NCBI RefSeq assembly: GCF_006345805.1
Contig: NC_043021.1
Span: 19,592,001 to 19,656,000, forward strand
Direction of reading: 5' to 3'
DNA: 64,000 nt
Source of the DNA: Octopus sinensis
Taxonomy: Eukaryota
Part shown: positions 25,285-34,850 of the stretch, one piece after another
How positions within the stretch are numbered: position 1 is the stretch's first letter
Layout: each line of letters starts with the position of its first letter
Notes under the pieces: generated by a model
The model's database searches: none
What the model saw: only the letters and a program-made list of their open reading frames with translations
Told to the model about the DNA's origin: nothing
Made by a program: the position numbers and the translations under genes

Positions 25285-25630
25285 ATATATATATATAATA
25301 TATATATATATAATATATATAATATATATATAATATATATATATAATATATAATATATATATATATAATATATATATAATATATATATATATAATATATA
25401 TATAATATATATATATATAATAATATATATAATATATATAATATATATAATATATATAATTATATAATATATATATAATATATATAATATATATAATATA
25501 TATATAATATATATATAATATATAATATAATATATATAATATTATATATATAATATATATATATATATATAATATATATAATTATATATATATAATATAT
25601 ATATATAATATATATATAATATATATATAT

Positions 25631-25661
<31 letters not shown>

Positions 25662-25823
25662 ATATATATAATATATATAATATATATATAATATATATAA
25701 TATATATATAATATATATATTAATATATAATATATATATAATATATATAATATATATATATAATATATATATATAATATATATATAATATATATATATAA
25801 TATATATATATAATATAAATAAT
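25285..25823. repeat. 539-bp A/T-only compound microsatellite
   Basis: No G or C seen in this interval. Confidence 0.9.
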
Positions 25824-26081
25824 GAGGGAGATAAATTAATATTAATTTTAATATCAATTTAAAACCAGTAGTCTAGCATACAAAAAATCTGAGAAGTCAG
25901 AGAAAATTCTAATATATGTGTATATTGGCAGGGCAAGACTGCTAGGTAGTCGGCCGTATGCTAGAAATAGATCATCAACAATCAAACTACAAAGAAAGTT
26001 CTCTAGAGGAAAAATTCAGTGAACACCAGAACCAAATTTGGCGGGCAGGACAGATGAAAATTTATATAAAAAACAGAATTA

Positions 26082-26158
26082 ATTGCATACTTCAGTTTCG
26101 GCCTTTAACAAAAGAATTACTTACATAATTCAAATATCCGTGGCCTCATCAGTACAAT
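26082..26158 (-). ncRNA. Type I hammerhead ribozyme, canonical core
   Basis: ATTGTA-CTGATGA-GGCC..GGCC-GAAA-C(TGAA)G-TA-TGCAAT; all three helices pair. Confidence 0.85.
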
Positions 26159-26961
26159 CGTTCAGTGTAAATGCAATCTGAAAAACTAACCCCAGCTTTC
26201 TGTGCCAAAACAGACACGTGTTTAGTTTTACCGATTACATTAGGTATAAAATTTCAAATGTCTTAGTTCCGGCGCGCTAAAGAATTCCTGAGGCGAAGAA
26301 TTGCAGTAAATAATTCACTGCGGTTAGTGCTTGCTACTAGAGAACGTATTTATTTCAATATTTAAATAATGAGGGAGATAAATTAATATTAATTTTAGTT
26401 TGATCGTTGATGATCTATTTCTAGCATATGGGCGACTACCTAGCAGTCTTGCCCTGCCAATATATATATATATATATATATTTGTAAAAAATGAAGTTCA
26501 AAAATGCTGCTGTATTATACAATTTTTAATTTTTATATATACATTATAACATGTTTCAGTTCCTGAAATGAACCTTATCAAAAAAAGTTATATATAAAAA
26601 GAGACAGCTCATGCCGTCAAACACAAGAAATTCATTTATAATACACAACGGAGTCAGACATCTTAGAGTTCATGTATAGTTGATATATAGTTCATGTATA
26701 GTTGATATATAGTTTGAAGTATATGTTCAAAGTGTTCGATGCAGTGGCCCACGGTGGCGATACGTATTCAATACAAAAAACAGATCAAAGTGGTGGAAAG
26801 CGGTCAATACAGAAGATTGATGTTTCCGAAAGAGCGAGGAATTCATTTTTACCTTAAGCAATTGTGATGACCCATGGTGGAAGTTCGCTGGGTGGTTCTA
26901 GTGAGTTTTTGTGAAATGCTCGGTTTTATAATGCCTGTTAGGTGGTCAATCTAGCGTAGCG

Positions 26962-27385
26962 TGACGTCATCATGTTTTGACCAATCGTTTCGTTAGGTGG
27001 CTTTAATCAAGTAGAACGGGACGTCATCATTATTTTGACCAATCGCTGCATTATAACTCCCTCTTGTTTGTTTCCTGTTTTGACCAGTCGCTTCGTTAGT
27101 CAAGTAGAACGGGACGTCATCATTATTTTGACCAATCGCTGCATTATATCTGCCTCTTGTTTGTTTCCTGTTTTGACCAGTCGCTTCGTTAGTCAAGCAG
27201 AGCGGGACGTCATCCAGATTCTGCCCAATCACGACTTATAGCTACATTAGATCTGCCCCCTGTCTGTACTTGTTAGGTGACTATTCAAGCAGAAAAGGAC
27301 GTCATCAATATTCTGACTAATGACTGTCCCTGTTTGTATCCTGTCCATTCTAGCAGAGCTAGACGTCATCAACTTGTTGACCAAT
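26962..27385. promoter_or_regulatory. Six-fold CRE-like (GACGTCA) plus CCAAT composite array inside the PLE
   Basis: Motif pairs at 26963, 27020, 27113, 27206, 27298, 27362 with an 11-12 nt spacer. Confidence 0.55.
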
Positions 27386-27576
27386 CAGAATCGGGTCTGA
27401 CCCTTAGCTGTATCGTATGTATCAGGGTCAGATTTGCACGAAAGAATTTTTTTCCTTTTTTACTAAGGCATATTTCCGTCAGAGTGAGTGTCTGTTTGAA
27501 GTAGCGGCCGTGGTGAAATTTGGTTCTCCTTTTCGGAGGACTTATCTTTTGTTTTAGTATTCCTGGCCCAGGGTGT

Positions 27577-28026
27577 TTAAACTTGGTCTAAATTTTTTAT
27601 GAAATATAGTTCTTTATTTTGGCGTTGTGTGAAGGTTGCGTTGTCACTGAATTTATAGAGCGGGTTAGTTGTAAATTTCGGATTTACATTTCCAGCACAT
27701 CTATCTATGTGTCCGCTGACCGGTATTTTGCGGTAATCAGGGTTTCTAATTTGTGATTTATGCACCGCCATCCTGTTACGTAAGCTATTTTTTGTATGGC
27801 CTATATACTGCCTATTGCAGCCTGCGCATGTTATGACGTAAATTAAGTTTTCTGATGCGCAGGTGAAGTTTGTTCTAATGGTGAACTGGTGGCCTTGTTC
27901 CAGTATAAATTCTGATCCTTCTTTCAAGATGACACAGATTCCGCAGTTGGGCCTTCCACATTTTCTAACTGCTGGTTTTGTGGTTGATGTTGAGTGCAGT
28001 GTAGCTTGGGTTAAAATCCTTTTCAA
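27577..28026 (-). pseudogene. PLE GIY-YIG endonuclease fragment
   Basis: NLIYVITC...QYIGHT..SLRNRM..H, preceded by CxxxxCxxC. Confidence 0.88.
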
Positions 28027-28096
28027 GGATTTTGGTTGCCGTTTACTTTTATGATGGTGTGTGTTTCCAGGATCCGGTTCATCTTTGGGTCTCCCT

Positions 28097-29410
28097 TTAG
28101 TAGGGCTGTGCTTTGTAGTATGGTGTTGAAGGCCTCATTGTTGAGTGGGTTGTGTGTAGAGATGTAGGGAGGGTTTTTAATTGTTCTTTCTTTTTTGGTT
28201 TTGTTTGTCTCAGGTCTTCTATACTTAATTTAAGTACCCGTTGGATTGCACTGTCTATTAGGGGCTGTGGATAGTTTCTATTTGTGAGTGTGGTTCTAAG
28301 TTCCTGGAGACGTGTGTGTCGGGTGTTTGTGTCTGATATTATGGTGCAAATCCTTCTAGCTAAACAAAAAGGGACATTCATTCTAGTGTGTCGTGGGTGG
28401 CATGAATCAAAGGGTAGGTACTGTTTAGAGTCTGTCGGTTCATAGTAGATATCTGTCTCTATTTTGTTGCCGGTTTTCTTAATGAGGATGTCTAAAAATG
28501 CTAATTCTTTTTCGTTGTGGTCCATCGTGAATTGTATATTGTCATTTATTCCATTTAATAGAATTTTAAATTCCTCAAGTTTCTCTATGCCTTTGTCCCA
28601 GATGATGAAACAGTCATCGAGGTATCTTTTCCAGTTGTTATGGATATAGGTGGTGAAGGTGTTTCCATATTTCTCGAGTGTCATCCGGTATAGTATTTTC
28701 TCAAGGTATCCCATCACTAGGTTGGCAAAAGATGGTGCAGTACACGTGCCCATCGCTGTTCCCGATTTTTGCCTGTAGAAATCATTGTCAAAAATAAAAT
28801 AATTGTTCTCTAAAATTAATCTAAGTCCTTCTATTATAAGGTCTTTGTTTATGCGAGTTGGGAGTTCAAAGGGGTAGTTATTCAGCCAGAAGGTGATCGC
28901 TTCTATTCCTAGGTTGTGAGGGATGTTAGAATAAAGATTAACTACGTCGAATGATACTAGAAGGGTTTTCTCATTGACTGTTTTAGGGAGGTGGTTGAGC
29001 ATATCTATATCGTCTCTTACGTAGCTTTTGATGTGTTTTAGGAAAGGTTTAAGAAGTGTGTCTAAGAAATTGCTGAGGCGGTGAGTTTCACATGCTGGCC
29101 CTGCTATTATCGGTCTTAGTTTAAGATCATTTGGTGAAGGGATTTTGATGAGTGTGTCGGTGGATGTTTTGCACGTTTCTCTAATGGTTTGGCTTTTGTG
29201 TACCTTAGGGATACCATAGAACAAACTTGATTTGCATTTGAAGTTAGTGATGTATTCATACTCCTTGTTTGTGAGTCCTTCTTGGTATGTGTTGATTAAT
29301 GTCCTAAGGTTATGCATTATTTTTTGCTGGTTATACTGTTGGGCCCTTTCATAATACGTTTCATCTCTTAATAGGGATAGCACTAAATTTTTATAATTGT
29401 TTGTATTCAT
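28097..29410 (-). pseudogene. PLE reverse transcriptase core fragment
   Basis: 437-aa ORF with LRPII, SFDVVNLYSNI, GTAMG, YLDD, FLDI. Confidence 0.92.
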
Positions 29411-29817
29411 TATTACTATCGCGTTGCCCTTATCTGCCTCCTTAATTGTTATTGTTTTGTCTTCTCTTAGTTTGATGAGGTCGTTCCATTCTCTTTTGTT
29501 GAAGTTAGGGCTGTGTGTTTTTGTTTCTTGATGAATTGAAACGGGAAATTAGTTATGTAGTCACAATAGCGGTCTAAGGCTTTATTCTTACCTTTGGTGG
29601 GGGTGTAATTGCTCTTGTTTCTAGCTATTGAGTCCTCCTCTATTTGTTTGTCTTGAAATGCCTCGGTGAGTCTTAGTTTTCTGCAAAATTCCGAAATATC
29701 ATCTTTCATTTCATAATAATTAGAACGTTGTGGGGTGGGGTGTAAATTTAAGTCCTTTGGAGAGTATGCTTATTTCGTTAGGTGTAAGTTCTTTGTTTGA
29801 GAGATTGATTATCTTAA

Positions 29818-31011
29818 TTACCTGAGGTTTCTTTTGTTTGTCCTTTGCCATCGTGTGTCCCTGTTCCTGTGTGTGGGGTCTAAAAAATGGTTGGTGTAGT
29901 TATGTTCAAAGCTATTATTTATCTGTCTCATGTTGTTATAATTGTCAGAGTGAGTTTGTGGTGCTCTGTTCTGGAGTCTGTTGTTGAACCTAGTGTTACG
30001 TCTTAGTTCCTCAGGTATATTGTGTTGGTTGTTGTTTCCTCCGTAGTGCATTTGTTGTTTGTTATGGTTGTATGGTTGGTTCCTGGGGTGGATGTTTGGT
30101 AGTAGCGTTTTGGTTTGGTTATGTGGGTTGTATTTTATAGTATTGTATGTTGTGGCTCTTAGGTTCGTGGACTGGTGTGGTGGGGCCCTATAAGTGTTTT
30201 GGGGTTGGTGTAGGTAGTGTGGGGTGCGTTTTAAATGCATTTTTCTGGTGTAGAGTGTGTTTGGATTTCTTGGTGGTTGTTCTGCTCTGTTGGTATGTCT
30301 ATTTTCGAACTGGTGTGGTGGGCCTCTGTAGGTGTTTTGGGGTTGGTGTAGGTAGTGTGGGGTGTGTTTTAGGTGTACTTTTCTGGTGTAGAGTGTGGTA
30401 GGATTTCTTGGTGGTTGTTCCGTTCTATTGGTATTTGGTTTTGATTTGCTTAATTTTATGAAGGGGTTGTTGGATATGTGTTCATTTTTGAAGTTGGTTT
30501 CATAATCTAGAAACCAGATGGGGCTCTTTTCCCATCGTTGGAGGGACTTAAGTTCCTCTTTTTCACATTCTTCATTCCATAGTGCTGGTAATGTTTCAGT
30601 ATTGTTGTCGTCTATTAGTTTGATGACATCTTCGTTGATTTCCTCGTCTATGGTTTTTACTTTTTCTTCATTCGTTTTAGCTCTCTCTATTTCCATCTTC
30701 ATTTTTTCTAATGACATTTTTTCTCTAAGTTTTCTTTGTTCTTCTGGTTCTTCCGAGATGGGTTTGATTTGTAATTTACGGGGTATGACTAGGGGTGTTG
30801 AGTCTAGCCATTTTTGGTAAATCTCTGCTTTATTCTGATTTTGTATCATTTTCCAAAAAGCGAATTTTCTGTTTCGCTGTAGTGTTCTCCATTGGGGGAG
30901 GACTTGGTTCTTTATTTGTAATGTTGAAGTTGCTCGGTTCTTCTCATGTGTTCCTTCTTTTTGTTGCTCTTGTTTCGTAAAGTTGTGAAGAATGTCGTCA
31001 TTGTATCGCAT
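29818..31011 (-). CDS. PLE upstream ORF (charged, coiled-coil-like core; N/Q/P-rich repetitive C-terminus), function unknown
   Basis: 397-aa ORF inside the terminal repeats; probable true start ATG at 31203 (MPAKKDTND...) interrupted by stops. Confidence 0.6.
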   Translation of the reverse strand: MRYNDDILHNFTKQEQQKEGTHEKNRATSTLQIKNQVLPQWRTLQRNRKFAFWKMIQNQNKAEIYQKWLDSTPLVIPRKLQIKPISEEPEEQRKLREKMSLEKMKMEIERAKTNEEKVKTIDEEINEDVIKLIDDNNTETLPALWNEECEKEELKSLQRWEKSPIWFLDYETNFKNEHISNNPFIKLSKSKPNTNRTEQPPRNPTTLYTRKVHLKHTPHYLHQPQNTYRGPPHQFENRHTNRAEQPPRNPNTLYTRKMHLKRTPHYLHQPQNTYRAPPHQSTNLRATTYNTIKYNPHNQTKTLLPNIHPRNQPYNHNKQQMHYGGNNNQHNIPEELRRNTRFNNRLQNRAPQTHSDNYNNMRQINNSFEHNYTNHFLDPTHRNRDTRWQRTNKRNLR

Positions 31012-32287
31012 AGATTTTCAACTTTCTCGAATTTTCGGAGGGTGTTTTATTCGATTCGGTTTCCTCGTTAGTTTGTGTAGAAGGTCGAGGTGTTAAGTTG
31101 AGTTTGTTTACACTGCTGTTAGGTTTGAATTTATGCTTTTCAATTCTTTCAGTATCTCTTCATTTATTGAGGAGATGTCGTTGGTGTCTTTTTTAGCAGG
31201 CATTTTCGGGAGCTCGTACGTGATATGATATTTATAATAGGATTAGCTCGTATACGAGTAGGTATATATTTGTAAAAAATGAAGTTCGAAAATGCTGCTG
31301 TATTATATAATTTTTAATTTTTATATATACATTATAACATGTTTCAGTTCCTGAAATGAACCTTATCAAAAAAAGTTATATATAAAAAAAGACAGCTCAT
31401 GCCGTCAAACACAAGAAATTCATTTATAATACACAACGGAGTCAGACATCTTATATATATATATATAGGCGCAAGAGTGGCTCTGTGGTAAGTAGCTTGC
31501 TTACCAACCACATGGTTCTGGGTTCAGTCCCATTGCATGGCACCTTGGGCAAGTGTCTTCTGCTATAGCCTCAGGCCGACAAAGGCCTTGTAGGTGGATT
31601 TGGTAGAAGGAAACTGAAAGAAGCCCGTCATTATCATCATCATCATCATCATCATCATTTAACGTCCGCTTTCCATGCTAGCATGGATGATTTGACTGAG
31701 GTCCAGCGAACCAGATGGCTGCACCAGGCTCCAATCTGATCTGGCAGTGTTTCTACAGCTGGATACCTTCCTAATGCCAACCACTCCGTGAGTGTAGTGG
31801 GTGCTTTTACGTGCCACCAGCACGAGGGCCAGTCAGGCGGTACTGGCAACGGCCACGCTCAAATGGTGTTTTTTACGTGCCACCTGCACAGGAGCCAGTC
31901 CAGCGGCACTGGCAACGACCTCGCTCAAATGTTTTTTCATGTGCCACCGGCACAAGTGCCAGTGAGGCGATGCTGGTAACGATCACACTCGAATGGTGCT
32001 TTTTACATGCCACACACACATATATATATATATGTATGTATGTATTTGTGTGTTTGTGTTTGTTCCCCCATCATCTTTTGACATACGATGTTGGTGTAAC
32101 TACGTCCCCGTAACTTAGCGGTTCAGCAAAACAGATCGATAGAATAAGTGCTAGGCTTACAAAGAATAAGTCCTGGGATTGATTTGTCCGACTAACGGCA
32201 GTGCTCCAGCATGGCTGCAGTCAAGTGGCTGAAACAAGTAAAAGAATAATAACAGACTATAACCTCATTTTACTTTGGCATTTTCAG

Positions 32288-32479
32288 GGTTTAAAGGCAA
32301 ACATGAAGCGACTTTACAACCAGCTGGAAAAGAAGAAATCCGATTATTGTACAAAACAAGAAAAATACAAGAAGCTGCTGTTTGCTCTCTGTTACTTCCA
32401 TTCCGTTCTGTTAGAACGGCGGAAGTTCCTGATGCTGGGATGGAACATTCCATATGAATTCAATGATTCTGATTTTGAG
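32288..32479 (+). CDS. DNAH2: DNAH2-like exon 11 (GLKANMKRLY...GWNIPYEFNDSDFE)
   Basis: cag/gtaaga boundaries, 192 bp. Confidence 0.96.
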
Positions 32480-32632
32480 GTAAGAGTCTCTCTCTCTCTC
32501 TCTTCTTACTCTCTCTTTCTCTCTCTCTTTTCATCTATCTACCTGTCTCTTTTTTACCTTGATTGGATTGGTCTTCTTTGATTATTGATCTTAAGTCCTT
32601 AGAAATTCTTGATTATTTTCTATGTCTCTCTT

Positions 32633-32699
<67 letters not shown>

Positions 32700-33216
32700 A
32701 TCTATCTACCTGTCTCTTTTTTACCTTGATTGGATTGGTCTTCTTTGAAATTCTTGATTATTTTCTATGTCTCTATGTCAAAGGTCATAGAGAGGACACT
32801 TCTCAAGTGTCATACTTGGATTTGACCCTTGCTGAGAAGGGTTTTGACAAGTGGACTGATAAACCCTGTACAACCAGTTCCTGTTCAATAGCAGACTGTC
32901 TGCTGTTGTTATTGGGAGGGTCATCACATCAATGTGACTAACAAACCATCAACTGATTGACCAACAATAAAGAAGTGATGTTGAACCAGTGCATGTGTTT
33001 ATTATCATTGACATAATGATCTTCCCAAGACACAAGATTTGTTTCAACACACAAATTCACATCAAGAATCTTGCAAACCAAATACAAAAGCGAAATTAAG
33101 ATTCTGGGTTTCACTTCAAAATATGGGGGGCTCTGATCCTTCCCAAAGTTGCCCACCACTAGCTATTTGGTATTTAACGCTATAAATTTGCAATTTCTTC
33201 TTTTTTTTGGATGTAG

Positions 33217-33401
33217 GTCTCAGAGAACTTGTTGAGTATTTATCTCCAAGATTATGAGGAAACCCCATGGGACGCTCTTAAATATTTGATTGCTGGCATC
33301 AATTATGGTGGTCATGTGACAGACGATTATGACCGACGTCTTCTTTTTACATACATCAATGATTATTTTTGTGATCAAGCGATTACACAGCCATTCTTCA
33401 A
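33217..33401 (+). CDS. DNAH2: DNAH2-like exon 12 (VSENLLSIYLQDYEETPWDALKYLIAGINYGGHVTDDYDRR...)
   Basis: tag/gtaagg boundaries; NYGGHVTDD motif. Confidence 0.96.
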
Positions 33402-33439
33402 GTAAGGCACTTCTTCCATTATTCATTCATTTCTTCTAT

Positions 33440-33890
33440 TCATCCTTCCTTCCTTCCTTCCATCCATCTTTCCTTCTATTCATCCTTCCTTCTTTTCTTC
33501 CTTCCCTCCATCCATCCTTCCCTCCGTCCGTCCTTCCCTTCATCCATCCTTCCCTCCGTCCGTCCTTCCCTCCGTCCGTCCTTCCCTCCGTCCGTCCTTC
33601 CCTCCGTCCGTCCTTCCCTTCATCCGTCCTTCCCTTCACCCATCCTTCCAGCTTTCCCTCATTCTGTCATTCCTTCCTTCTATCCTCTCTTCTTCCATCC
33701 TTCCAGCTTCCTTCCTTCCTTTCTTCCGCCCTTCCTTTCTGCTTCTTTCCTTCATTCATTCTTTCCTTCCCTCCCCCTCCTTCCTTCCCTCTTTCCTTTC
33801 CTCCTTCCTCCCACCTCCCTAGCCTCCTTCCTCCCCTCTTTCCTTCCTTCCCTCCTTCTTTCCTTCCTTCCCTCCCTCCCACCCATCCTC
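33440..33890. repeat. Polypyrimidine (TTCC/TCCG/TCCA) microsatellite; (TATC)n at 40440-40750
   Basis: Read directly. Confidence 0.9.
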
Positions 33891-34485
33891 CAATACCCTT
33901 CTTGTACCGTTATCATTATCCAGGTGGTCAACTGGAAGAATCATTGAGTTGTTACACAAAATGCTTAATGCTATTTCTTCTGTCTCTCTCTTTTCTCTCT
34001 CTCTCTCTCACTCTCTCTCTGTCTCCCTCCCACTCTCTCTGAATTCAATTTCCACTGAGGTCACCTTTGCCCTTCATCGCTTCAGGGCCAATAAAATAAA
34101 GTACCAGTCAAGTACTGAGGTCAATGTAACCAACTTGCTCCCCCTCCCCTCAAAAATTGCTGGCCTTGTGCCAAAATTAGAAACAATCATGATTGATCAC
34201 AATTTCTTCCAAAATACTTCCTTCCCTTTCCACCTTCCTGTTTTGCTGTTTTATTACGTATATCTATGTATGTAGTATGAGGGGATGTAAAAAGAGGTGT
34301 GTATGAAAATATGGAGGATGATAATTTATACATTATTGTATCAATAGTGGTTTTGTGTATAGGTGCTTTATTTGGGGGATTTATATTGCAAAATATTGTT
34401 ATTCATTTAAATTATCCTTCATTTAAATTATCCTTTCACATTTTGGTTCTTTGGTTCTTTTTTTTTTTTCTTTTTAACTTACCAG

Positions 34486-34711
34486 GCTGTCTTCATTGAA
34501 CACCTATTACATCCCTAAAGATGGTCCCATCTCCGCTTACATAGAATACGTAAGCATGCTTCCCAATATGGACCACCCGGAGGCATTTGGACAACACCCG
34601 AATGCTGACATTACGTCACAGATTCAAGAGACGCGGCTGTTGTTTGATGTGTTGCTCTCCCTCCAGCCTCAGGTGTCTTCTTCTGTTCGAGAAAGCAGAA
34701 AAGAAGACAAG
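34486..34711 (+). CDS. DNAH2: DNAH2-like exon 13 (LSSLNTYYIPKDG...PEAFGQHPNADI...)
   Basis: cag/gtaaat boundaries, phase 2 to 0. Confidence 0.95.
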
Positions 34712-34850
34712 GTAAATTCACTTCACCTTTTCTTTCTTTTTTCTTTTACATATACATACGTACATATAATATATATATATATATATCTATATACATACAT
34801 ACATACATTCATACATATATATATATATATGGTGGCTGCCCATATATATA

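Larger units (their letters stand above)
26474..31453 (-). mobile_element. Decayed Penelope-like retroelement (Neptune-like) with ~190-bp direct terminal repeats, upstream ORF, RT and GIY-YIG
   Basis: Direct repeats 26474-26665 and 31263-31453; NLS..KGLKF, IKEADKG, GTAMG, RYLDDCF; CGRPNCGIC linker; YVITC..C..QYIGHT GIY-YIG; at least 3 frameshifts; both ends in (TA)n. Confidence 0.9.

Noticed and set aside
32500-32780. Local duplication around a (CT)n tract after exon 11
   Set aside because: Ordinary slippage-type duplication with no added splice or coding signal
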